64,000 nt of DNA from positions 32,001 to 96,000 of IMG/VR virus record IMGVR_UViG_3300032236_000548. One strand, written 5' to 3'. Under the pieces are notes generated by a model. The model was not told the origin of the DNA. It did no database searches and saw only the letters and a list, made by a program, of their open reading frames with translations. Both the position numbers and the translations under genes were made by a program. This DNA is from a virus. Each line of letters begins with the position of its first letter. Positions within the stretch are counted from its first letter, which is position 1. This document shows positions 21,701 through 30,100 of this stretch, one piece after another.

Positions 21701-24700
21701 AATGGTTTTAACGGTACACAAACTGTTAGCAGTGTATCAACTAGTATCATAACCGGTACATCTAATATTCAAGCTACTATTACATTAAGTGCATATCCAT
21801 CAAGTACTCCTAGCGGAACTATTACATTTGGTGGTGCAAACACTAACGGTTACTTACAGATTGATCCAAACCCTGTAATCAATATTAGTGCTGTAGGTAC
21901 CGGTGTAAGTGCCATGACTTATCAGAGCAATACATTAGAGACTGGTAGTACTACAAGTAAAATTGTTACATTTAACTTGCCATACAATTCATTGTATACA
22001 TATCCTCCAGTCGACAGCTTCTTAACTGTTACAGGAAATGCCAATGCAAAGTATAACGGTTCATATCAAGTAACTAGCTTTACAAATGCTAGCCAGTTAA
22101 CTGTTGCATCGACAACTAGCTTGCAAGTTGGTATGGTTGTAAGTACCAGCACAAGCGGTGCGTTTATTGAAAGTTCAGTAACAAATCCAAGTGGTACTAC
22201 AATTATTCAAAGTATTGATAGTCCGACACAGTTTACAGTTGCTCCAGCTATTTGGGCTCCTGTAGGAACTACTATCAACGCTATCTTAGTAGCCACTGTT
22301 GCAAGTATTACAATTTCCAATGCAGGTAGCGGATATACTAGTGCTCCAACAATTATATTCAGCGGTGGTGGTGCGGCTAGCCAAGCACTTGCAACATGTA
22401 GTATTGTTAACGGCAGTATTAGCCAAGTTGTTTTAGTAAGTCCAGGTTATGGTTATACTAGCGTTCCAACAATTACCTTAAGTGGTAATAGTGGTAGTGT
22501 ATTCAACACTACAATTGGAACTAACTTGATAACTTTAAACTCAAGTGCTAACTTACAAGTTAACCAAGTTATTATATTTGGCGGTAGTGTGTTTGGCGGT
22601 ATTGTATCTGGTACACAATATTATATTGCTAGTATCAATGGTAACCAAATTACTATTAGTGCAAGTACTGGCGGTGTTGGTATTATTACATTAACAACTG
22701 CAAGTGGTGCAGGTATGACATGGAGCACTCCAGGTAATGCTGTACTAACTCCAGTATTAACAAGTAGTCCAACTGCTGTTGTAACCACACTAGCAGGTTC
22801 AGATGTTCTACAATTAAGTTTACTATATCCAACTGATCCAGGTACTAGCGGCAATGCTACTGCTACTTCTAACGCAGTTGCTACTTTAAGCACTAGTTCA
22901 ATTAACAGTAGCGGTGTATTAACAGTTGGAACTGTAAGCGGAACTGTTGCGGCTGGTATGGTGTTAACTGGTGGTCCTAACACAGGTTCAGGTATTGCTC
23001 AAATCAATTCATATGCTACTACTGCCACAAGCGGTAACGGTACTACTGTAACTATTTCGTTCTCTGCACAGACATTTGTTCCATATGCAGTTGGCCAGAC
23101 AATCTTTGTTTCAGGCGTAACTCCAGCTGGATACAACGGAACATATATCGTAACTGCGGCAACGACTAGCTCGGTTAGCTATACTAATGCAACTACTGGC
23201 GCACAAACTATTGCTGGTACTGTTGCAAGTAATGTCTACACTTATATTACTGCTAATATTAGCGGTAGTGGTGCAGGTTCTACATGGCAAACTGCTACAA
23301 GTCAAGGTACTAACTTTACTGTTGCATCATCGACTATTACTGGCACTAACAACTTAGTAACACTAAGCTCTAACACTAACGTTAGTGTTGGTAACACGAT
23401 TACATTTGCAGGAACAGCATTTGGTAATCTTAGCGTAGCTACTGTTAGTGCTGGCTCATTTGTAGTTGGTCAAACTTATACTATTACTAGTGTAGGTTCT
23501 AATACAACTACAACAACTACAACAAACTTTACACTAATTGGTGCTCCTAACAATAACGTTGGAACAGTCTTTACTGCGACTGGCGCAGGTAGTGGAAGCG
23601 GCCAGGGATTGATAACATACTATATCACTGAAGTTATTGGTTCAAGTGTTGGTATCAGTGCTGTCAAAGGCGGTACTAACGTAACCTTAACTGGTGCAAC
23701 TGGTGCAAGTTTAACATACTACACTCCAGGATATACATTCGGTACAAGCTATACTGCAACAACATTTGGCAGTGTTTCAGGAACAGGTCCATACTTAGTT
23801 ACTTTAAACATTCCAACAACAACTGCTCCTACTACAAGCGTATATTATTATGTTAGTGGTAACAGCAATGCATTGTATAACGGTTACTGGCAAGCAACAA
23901 GTAGTACTACAACAAGTATTACATTGAGCTATCCATATAACCCAGGTACTTATGGTATTAGTAGTATTACTACAGTTACTAGAGAAGCGACATCTGCTAC
24001 TAGTTCAAGTTTAGGTCTTGCAAGACCATTCAATCCTAACTCAAGTACTACATTACGTCTAGGCTACCCAGCAACAGGTGGCGCACAGATTACTGTTCGT
24101 ATTAGTACTTGCCGTGCTACAGGACATGACTTCTTAGATATTGGTACTGGTGGTTTCATTACTACTAACTATCCAAACCAGATTTATGGTAACGCGGCTC
24201 TTAGTGCTAATGAAAGTAATGACGTTGTTGAAGAAACAACAGGTCGCGTATTCCACGTATCAACAGACCAAAACGGTATCTTCCGTGTAGGACGCTTCTT
24301 CAAAGTTGACCAAGGTACTGGTACAGTTACATTCAGTGCTAGTATTGCGTTGAGTAACTTGGACGGTTTAGGATTTAAGCGTGGTGTTGTTGTAAGTGAA
24401 TTCTCAACAGATCCTTACATGACAGAAAACGCCGCCGACGTTGTACCAGTACAGTCAGCAGTTCGTAGCTTTATGGACTACAGATTAGGTTTAGACTACG
24501 GTGGTAGTCCAGTTCCAACATCTGGTTTAATTGGCCCAGGATTCTTACCACTGAACGGTGTGTTAAGTATGAAGGGTAACTTAAACATGGCAAGTTACAC
24601 AATTGGTAACTTAACAATGCCAGTTAGTAACGTTACACAGTACGATGCGGCTAACAGAGGTTATGTAGATGCTAACGCAACTGCATTGAATAACTTATAC

Positions 24701-26692
24701 AAATTAAACGATGTAGCTACTGGTGCTATTGCAACTTATGTAAGTTTCAGTAGCGTAGGAAATACTGTAACATTGCAAGGTGTTTATGGTACTATTGTTC
24801 CAGGCATGGTTATTAGTGGAACTGGATTTAGTGGTGGACAAGTTGTTTTAAGTGTAAACATAACACCGGGTGCAACTTCAGCAATTGGTGGTAGCGGTAC
24901 TGTTACTCTAAACGGTCCATATAACACTACTCCTAACGGTGTATTAACATTTAATAATCTTGCAAATGGTAACTTCATTGTTTACGATTCAACATTTAAT
25001 CAATGGACTAACATTGTTCCGCCAACTGGTACAAGTAATAATAACCAAGTTGCTATTACATACACCCATGGAACTCCAGGATATTTGACTGCAACTATTC
25101 AACCAGGTGTTATTGTTAACTCAATGGTTAGTACTAGTGCGGCAATTGCACAAAGCAAGTTAGCATTGCAACCTGCAACTGCACAACCTGCAGGACAAAG
25201 TTCTTATGTACAAAGTACATTAGGCCTAAGTAGCTTCAACAATCAAGTGTTTACTTCAACTAATGGTTGGATTAATTTAGCTCAAGCTAATAGTGTCACT
25301 GCTACTTACGTGTCAGGCGGTACTTCAGGTACTACAATGACTGTGTCTAGTACAACTAACATTGTACCAGGAATGATTGTAACTGGACTTGGTTTTACAA
25401 GTTATACACAAACTGTTGTTAGCGTTCCTAATGGAACTACACTTATTCTAAGTGCTGTTGCTGACGGAGTTCCAAGTGGTACATTACAATTCTCAAATAG
25501 CGGTATTGGTTTAAGTTACTTACAACAAATTGGTACTGGGTACGTGTTAGGTAACAGAAGCGGTATTTCTGCAAGCCCACAATTAATTACTCCAGGTAAC
25601 ATTGTTGCTGACGGTGATGGTTTGAAGAATGCATTGTTCAGCATACCAAATACTGTTAGTTCAAACGTTAACGCAGTAGCAATGCTAGCATTGTATGACG
25701 GTGCAACTACTACAAATAACCAATACGGTGTTATCGGTATTACTACTACTGGTGTTGCTAGTAAGTTAGTTAAGACTGGTTCTGATGGTTCAATTAGTGC
25801 GGCATTGATTAACGTAGGTGGCTACAAAGCAATTACATCTAGCGGTAGTACAATTAGTTTCTACACACCTGGACAGTTCTCATTCATGAGTAGTCAGGAC
25901 GTTAGTGGTAGTAGTACAACTACTATCAACGGTGTGTTGAATGCGGCTGGTACATTAATTACAACTACACTTGAAACTGGTGCTAGTGTTGCTACTACAG
26001 GTACAATTACTGGTCAATGGAGTTTAGGTGCGTTAAGCTCAATTAACGCAAGTGCTGGTACATTACAGTCTAACAACCTAACATCTGGTAGTGCAAGTAC
26101 AGCTGGTACATTTACTGGTTTGTGGACATTTGCTCAAGCTACTACAATGTCAAGTAATTTAACTGTTAATGGCACTATTGTAACTCCAACAATCAGCAGT
26201 CCAACAATTAGTGGCGCTATTACAACTACTAATATCACAACAGGCGATGCGTATACTGCTGGTACTATTACTGGTGCATGGAGCTTAAGTGCTAACAGTA
26301 CATTACAAGCTACTTACGCTGACTTAGCTGAGTATTACGAAGGCGATGCACAGTATGAGCCGGGAACTGTTTTAGTGTTTGGCGGTGACAAAGAAGTCAC
26401 AACAACTGACATGATTAATGATACACGTTCAGCTGGTGTAGTAACAACAAACCCAGCGTATGTAATGAACTCAGAACAAACTGGTATTAAAGTTTGTCTA
26501 GCACTTGCAGGACGTATTCCATGTAAAGTTGTAGGCCGTGTTAAGAAAGGAGACATGTTAACTACAAGTGCTACTCCTGGATATGCTGTTAAAGCATTGA
26601 CTCCAACACTAGGTGCTATTATTGGTAAGGCATTAGAGGATAAAGACTACGGCGAGGCCGGAGTAATTCAAATTGCTGTAGGGAGAGCATAA
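12725..26692 (+). CDS. giant (4655 aa) virion structural protein, baseplate/tail-associated
   Basis: N-terminal NDGTGD.IR..F.KVN.NF.E.Y (T4 gp9/gp10-like); helical CxRD repeats; G.YNG.Y.VT beta modules; C-terminal ADLAEYY...GRIPCKV.G...KGD chaperone/autocleavage-like domain. Confidence 0.85.
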   Translation: MTQQIIDIGIQGNDGTGDSIRTSFNKVNQNFTEIYAIFGAGGSIKFGNLADAPGSSTFTIVSASGNGTQATLNFANPNPGLGLPFSIGQNIVITGTLPSGYNGAYTVTNATPTSVTFANTTTAAITQTGKIAGTAYSSNQVIMASTTGNSLTARDIVGINGITIDASDNNQLIIGSNSGGLITDPQPTLGTHMNADQFIIGNLADPDPSLVTQFNAVFASKGYTTTIGQMAVTVNYANNHYLQVTNGQVVGPLRVRAQPTVAQTNDPDYDPTLSGNYVSTEAIQRKDAILRSGDKMAGTLTLSDHPGSMAGAGTPNGADDLQAATKFYVDNNTHYSNVNLYVSTGGDDTQRKTPLGREGRAPQYAYKTVGAAALQAQNLINLSFTEPGPYRQTVAYTIGPSQYTSSVTSVSFSGGNSGIQGYLDAASLLESNKTFIQNETLAYLNQKYVNTFTFDKTRYSNIISDIVDGVAYDLVLGTNFNSTTQASILFNAYNSDVVGNLSTIIAAIQNAESQILNYSYNTDNTRTYIGKVINALCYDLEFGSNFQSIQVGLGFKYANTGLETTPTVINTVATATSGTAIGTDSSISGTTLVVGGSVTGTFAVGMTLSGIGITPGTTITALGTGTGGAGSYTISTSYSGGLSHVRVTGVNNRITVSSTQSMVVGSAIVFTGTSFGNLIAGNTYYINSIPDSANITISSSFGGSDYSLATATGSMVANTTAPSEIASALTNLANQITLLPAVSSTPSIVNSINAILKNISDIIVTGTLPAPTYPPVTTGTGFSYNSAKCARDVGLIVNAVLDDIIFNTNYRSLTAAFAYLRSYSNVVTTSQKAQTIAGINNARDQIIALVSSNNAAVTAITGKFGIITTIINNVSASGAPSVSFTNPGNTAVGIVNGAAELQSNRQFLIDETIAYVKANLSPNSIPLYDETSCRRDTGYIVDALTFDLLYGGNSATVVAADAYFNGVTSTISQETTAVASAFTHLQAIIGNIIQANTSWTKTTGNVTNQSTVVGVGSPAAASTVSTLLGYVIAIVNGGTSAGPAVIAPTYANGVNYSSYSSVQTTILSSLTSIESNVITFLNETYVSSTGQVSAVNLLLNNINFIQAEIVAYLLANYPTVTYNKATCQRDVKYIIWALCYDITYGGNSQSIYAGLQYWINNAYQIAGYEQAATVSAIGYLGTIAQNIVQNQTPVKLYQTGVIQYANTTLSGGSVATSSINTNIGTIQSIVASSSQPSVSVTYPTTSAVASTLTTAVAAITADTTTLESNAITYIDTNFPVLNNSIQKTTITNLFNTVTNILNGGIGSRTRPTYATTGFSSSIVQAQSAILANIDFITAETNAWINSQYPGVTYDPVASARDLSFVLEAIVYDITYGGSAATTQAANQYYANGVAQLVTGLPSVCSAALNHALNVTQNVVSNSLVTPSAGNYITTTGASGDGVNVTITFAPQATPPYSIGQVIAIQGVTPTGYNTNNGAGVTVTNCTTTSVTFASTASGAQTIAGKITKQVLNSSWTQSYAQSAVVNTLFGIVTGVIGSNSVATPVYPVITSYDNALQATFGIITNNTYTISNNVVTYLTNTFSGGFSYNEATCYRDLGYIIDGQVIDLLTDGTYQSITAGKSYYKNVSAKAIAIGSQYSETVDGIQFAQQLAIQVLNQTVQTRYQTLISQVTDNTKNATVGTNVATGTFVSNTTTTLTLTSITGVIVPGMVITGTGFTNSTPVTITSILNSSTVSISAAPAGTPSGTITLTATPVTTLNANMNTIISIINGGVGAAPTPSFGSGYYTVTFSNGGNGYVDQGQAGSNHIIPGKILVGDTSSSYGQIVSYVPGVSSNNDTVTLNMTRPGFFAYIPTTATATAGSTTLTVTATSYTTAFNSTSNIVVGLGVTGVNIPLGATVTAIIGNTVTISTPTLGILTSSNVVFGELLDFGETVSEQNITIYVESGIYYEDYPIKLSANVTIRGDDFRRTIIRPLNRISQSPWRNVFFYRDTIIDGMQLGLINFSGTDYAAATGSGATLSGTTGNITITLTTGQASPTWIGKVIVDQTSETGIAGKAVINTVSGNVMNCTVVYPFAAVITYPSGSWHMYDTINYGRHYLTNPSLPESPSNPALNNKLMDVFLTNDANRVKLITCQGHGGFMMVLDPEGQIKTKSPYAQESASFSGSINRKRFAGGQFIDGFAGRLFGTITGVSNSGYTITVTGSTNSGLDVRAPQTPCAFYVQGNRYQINNVLSYNNTTATVVLGLDTSTPFYPSATYSNSLLYSNIASVVDGISYDMAFGSNYQSIKTGITFLQPANSVVGLSESIITQSFSYVATQINALPGVDSPGKTAINNNVTIINNIINNGIFGNSTAGIPTVVFPNPANVTANVSNAKLLLQANKAFIQAEVVARVSANYNVGGFAGYSALTLSNNIGFAIDAITYDLLYGGTSSVYDVAQWMYFPALATLYTAAMGYLGTVAGQIVQKTNVTRTNGNTLFQVTTGYTAATSTQATTITSLCAVLADYTTDGTFGSSTRTLPTVSSTTTTSSLATDFNNIQTAKSTLQSTTITYANNGSGIVINIEMGGNKSMLANDFTQINDLGYGILCTNAGLTEQVSTFTYYCYTAYWALNGGQIRSVAGSNSNGVFGLRGTGSDVTELPNAVNLAYNMVQSARVYKQGAYSTAMQPTSTQQALTVYITNWEYLPAGTSELEIDHTLAGGGIARYEISTVAHTPVNVNGQNVLSLTLSTSGNNQTSASGLQYALYDGQIVTIRVLSNIKFYNISNVKPVRPSTALQYSNNLASIYRIIAYNLTEATGEALPAHQSLLQMDTSFAYYKFVVDTTNMYNADPSVYITLGTVALSPASTIGTTLYVVTSSLTNGAPVVGQYVGGYGYQNCVVTNVTTSGANTVITTSTPPSVAPVGNVWFSTTTMGAQVGDNKIAVLQISDTATISQLNSGTYVFGWAGRTHRVISYVVPQTIASGSFGTGSTSSYTLVVNNVAGTITPGQIVTGNGFNGTQTVSSVSTSIITGTSNIQATITLSAYPSSTPSGTITFGGANTNGYLQIDPNPVINISAVGTGVSAMTYQSNTLETGSTTSKIVTFNLPYNSLYTYPPVDSFLTVTGNANAKYNGSYQVTSFTNASQLTVASTTSLQVGMVVSTSTSGAFIESSVTNPSGTTIIQSIDSPTQFTVAPAIWAPVGTTINAILVATVASITISNAGSGYTSAPTIIFSGGGAASQALATCSIVNGSISQVVLVSPGYGYTSVPTITLSGNSGSVFNTTIGTNLITLNSSANLQVNQVIIFGGSVFGGIVSGTQYYIASINGNQITISASTGGVGIITLTTASGAGMTWSTPGNAVLTPVLTSSPTAVVTTLAGSDVLQLSLLYPTDPGTSGNATATSNAVATLSTSSINSSGVLTVGTVSGTVAAGMVLTGGPNTGSGIAQINSYATTATSGNGTTVTISFSAQTFVPYAVGQTIFVSGVTPAGYNGTYIVTAATTSSVSYTNATTGAQTIAGTVASNVYTYITANISGSGAGSTWQTATSQGTNFTVASSTITGTNNLVTLSSNTNVSVGNTITFAGTAFGNLSVATVSAGSFVVGQTYTITSVGSNTTTTTTTNFTLIGAPNNNVGTVFTATGAGSGSGQGLITYYITEVIGSSVGISAVKGGTNVTLTGATGASLTYYTPGYTFGTSYTATTFGSVSGTGPYLVTLNIPTTTAPTTSVYYYVSGNSNALYNGYWQATSSTTTSITLSYPYNPGTYGISSITTVTREATSATSSSLGLARPFNPNSSTTLRLGYPATGGAQITVRISTCRATGHDFLDIGTGGFITTNYPNQIYGNAALSANESNDVVEETTGRVFHVSTDQNGIFRVGRFFKVDQGTGTVTFSASIALSNLDGLGFKRGVVVSEFSTDPYMTENAADVVPVQSAVRSFMDYRLGLDYGGSPVPTSGLIGPGFLPLNGVLSMKGNLNMASYTIGNLTMPVSNVTQYDAANRGYVDANATALNNLYKLNDVATGAIATYVSFSSVGNTVTLQGVYGTIVPGMVISGTGFSGGQVVLSVNITPGATSAIGGSGTVTLNGPYNTTPNGVLTFNNLANGNFIVYDSTFNQWTNIVPPTGTSNNNQVAITYTHGTPGYLTATIQPGVIVNSMVSTSAAIAQSKLALQPATAQPAGQSSYVQSTLGLSSFNNQVFTSTNGWINLAQANSVTATYVSGGTSGTTMTVSSTTNIVPGMIVTGLGFTSYTQTVVSVPNGTTLILSAVADGVPSGTLQFSNSGIGLSYLQQIGTGYVLGNRSGISASPQLITPGNIVADGDGLKNALFSIPNTVSSNVNAVAMLALYDGATTTNNQYGVIGITTTGVASKLVKTGSDGSISAALINVGGYKAITSSGSTISFYTPGQFSFMSSQDVSGSSTTTINGVLNAAGTLITTTLETGASVATTGTITGQWSLGALSSINASAGTLQSNNLTSGSASTAGTFTGLWTFAQATTMSSNLTVNGTIVTPTISSPTISGAITTTNITTGDAYTAGTITGAWSLSANSTLQATYADLAEYYEGDAQYEPGTVLVFGGDKEVTTTDMINDTRSAGVVTTNPAYVMNSEQTGIKVCLALAGRIPCKVVGRVKKGDMLTTSATPGYAVKALTPTLGAIIGKALEDKDYGEAGVIQIAVGRA

Positions 26693-27180
26693 TGAGTCGA
26701 CAATCTATAAACATTGGACAGTCTGCAAACGATCGCAACGGAGATCCGTTGCGTACAGCATTTAATAAAATAAATGCCAACTTTATTGAGTTATATGGAA
26801 ACTTAACCACATACTTGCCAAGCCCGACTGGAAATGGTGGGAAGTTTTTAACAACAGATGGTAGTTCATTAATTTGGCAAACATTACCGACCCCTGCTCC
26901 TAGTTCGGCACCAATTACTGCCAGTGCAACTGCTCCAAATAGTCATCCAGATGGTACTCTTTGGTACGACGAAGTCAGTGGCAGATTGTATGTATATTAT
27001 GATGGCGGATGGGTCGATGCTAGTCCGCGTGGTGTTGGTGTTGCCGCCAGTGTTGGGTTAGGTACAAAAGCCGCTAACGATACAGGAACTGCTGGGCAGA
27101 TAAGTTACGATGCAAATTACATATATATTTGTACAGCAACGAACACATGGAAAAGATCACCATTGACTGGTGGATATTAA
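26692..27180 (+). CDS. short baseplate/fibre adaptor protein
   Basis: Same N-terminal ND..GD.LR.AF.KIN.NF.ELY motif; G.LWYD...GRLYVYY..WV module; C-terminal G..GQI.YD..YIYIC...NTW knob. Confidence 0.75.
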   Translation: MSRQSINIGQSANDRNGDPLRTAFNKINANFIELYGNLTTYLPSPTGNGGKFLTTDGSSLIWQTLPTPAPSSAPITASATAPNSHPDGTLWYDEVSGRLYVYYDGGWVDASPRGVGVAASVGLGTKAANDTGTAGQISYDANYIYICTATNTWKRSPLTGGY

Positions 27181-27195
27181 TTAAGGACACAATCG

Positions 27196-30100
27196 ATGGC
27201 AATTTTAAATTTCCCAGATCATCCGCAGACTGGTGATCAATATACAGGTGATAACGGTACTACTTATATATTTGATGGTGTTAAATGGTTAGGGACCGCA
27301 GGTGCAGGAACTAGTGGCACTAATAGTATTGTTAACAATGGTAATACTGTTCAAATAGACAGTACTGGTAAGTTAGTATTACCCGCATACTCATTACCTA
27401 ACACTACAGGTACAGCAGGGCAAGTATTGGTATGGCCAGGAAGTGGCACAACATTAACATGGGCTACACAAAGTGGCAGTGGCGGAGGTAGCGGATCTAG
27501 TTTAACTAACGGCGGTTACTCGGTATCATTAGGTGTTGACGGTTACTTAAATTTACCTAACGGACTAGATACTGCTGGTGCATTGTTACAGAGCGCAAGT
27601 CCTATAAGAGTTAACAGCAACGGTCATTTCTGGACATTTGGAGCAGACGGCAAACTATCGTTTCCTCCCACAGTAGCTTCTCCAGTAGGTACAACAACTC
27701 AAGCGTTTGGTATGGGCAATTTGTTTGCTTGGGAAGACGGCGACAATTGGACTATTGCTACTGGTAATCCTAGTACTGGTGCATTTGGAGAAACTGGCAT
27801 CAGCATCAGTCCAGGTATTGAAAGTAATGCTTATCTAAATCTTCCTTCTGACACAGATATCGGCAATGGGGCAACAACAACGCTGGCCAACTTTAGCGGC
27901 AATGTTGTGATACAGTCCGCCGATGGTAACTGGGTATTTGGTAAAGATAATTCAACAATATTCCCTAACAGCACCCTAACCACTGACAAATTATCTATAC
28001 AAGGTGCTCCATATACTATACAAATCACAGACAGCGGCGGTGTATGGCCTCCTGCTGTTAATACATACACAAGACTACCTGGGCTTGGAGATCCAAAATG
28101 GGTTCCAGCTAATTACAATGCCAGCAGTGACTCTTATATAACATTTTCTAATGGCCTTTGGGCACTTAGTAGTCCAAGTTTCCCTCATCCTGTTTATGTA
28201 AACACAGGAACACTATACGCTCCTTCAGCAACTTGGAATCCTGATACACAATTTGGTCTTGGATCTGGTAACCCCACAGGTGCTTATACCTACAACACTT
28301 GGTTATTTGATTCTAATGGAGATTTAACAGCACCAGGCGATATTGTTGTTGGTGGCGGCCTCAACGCCGGCGGACAAGAACAACACTTTATCATTGACAG
28401 TTCTAACTACTGGACCAGCATCCAGTGGAAAAACTTTGCCAATCCTCAAGATCCTGGTACTACGCCGTTTGAATGTCAAGCACAGTTGCTAAGAGTATTT
28501 GCCAACAATAATACAGTCACTAGTGAGTGTAATGTTCAAAATCCTCGTGAAGAACTAGTAGCAGTAACAGTTGTTCGACCTGATAATACAAACTACAATG
28601 GTTTGATGATCAGTACCAGCGAAAGAAAAATTCCAGATGCTCCGTACAATGACGGAACTGGTGCAAGACACGATTTCTTATTTGGTGGTGATGGTTATCT
28701 AACTATGGAAAGCCTACACCTACAAGGTCACTTAAAAGGTGTAGATGGTAGCACCGGTTCAACAGGACAAGTATTAACACGTCAAAGCAATGGAGGCGCG
28801 GCTTGGGCAAATGCCACAGGAGGAAGTGGTAGTGTAGTATTCCGCACTGTTAGCTATCCAGCAGGTGCAGATGGTGATACACAGGGCACAATCGCTGTTG
28901 ACAACACTGGTAAAATTTATCTGTGTCTCACAACTTGGGCGGCGTCAAGTACAGTAACTTATAGCGCAACTAACAACACAGACTATGCTATCAGTCAAAG
29001 CGCCGGGCATCTTCTTATGTATCAAATAACTCCGTCAACCTTGCCAGACATACAGGCATTGTTTGGTACGTTTAACAACTATCAATATAACTATCCAACT
29101 CCCGGTGACTTTACACTAGAAGTTCCAGGCATCACTGGTCCTAGAACTGTTACCGCTTGTGGATATCTTTCAGGTAGCGGCGATATATGGTTTGATATTG
29201 CCTATGTGTCAGGAGATCCTACAACAGTTTCAATCGGTGATGCAGTAACAATTCACTATACTCCACAACAGCCTGCTATTTGGGAAAAAGTTGGAGCCAC
29301 CGGTAATATTAAATTTGACGGACAAAATATTAGCACTGACGTTGGCTCAAGCATCTACATAAAGTCAACCAGCGACTCAACAGATGATACCGAAGTTGAC
29401 ATTGGTACACATTATGTTGACATTTACACCTATAATGACACTTCAGGTAGTTCAGCAGAACTATACATAAACAATGCTGATCATGCTAATCCCTACGCTT
29501 ATATCTATACACAAGCACACAACAGTGCCTCTAAACAATGGACATTTAACAAGGATGGTAACATTGTATTTCCAGATAACACAGTACAGACCACTGCCTA
29601 TGTACCTGGATCTACTGATCCATTGATATGGGCAGTACAAGCCGTATCGAATACCAAAGCAACTTTCATGCAAGCAGTGACTCACGACAGCGTAGGCAAC
29701 GCTATCGCGCTGATGTGGCAAGGTAACTGGAATGGTCCCGGCGAAGGCAAAGCCACTATAGTCAAACTAGACGACCACGGTAACCCAGTATGGGCTATAG
29801 ACCTAGCCGATGGCAACAGCGTTAACCCTTGGAGTTTATGCTGTGACGCTAACAATGATGTATATGTAATTACACAGCGAGTCAATGGCAGTGGCTATTA
29901 CAACAACGCCGTGGTAAAATTAAGCACTAGTAATGGTGGCATCTTGTGGCAAACTGATATACAGGATTCACAGAACTCTAATAATATGCAGGCTGTGCCA
30001 ATGGTGTATAGTTCAGGCGAACTTAGTTTCAATGGCATTGTAATTGCTGGTACTGCCTATAACGGAACAGACAATGATTTCTTTGTAACATTTATTAACA

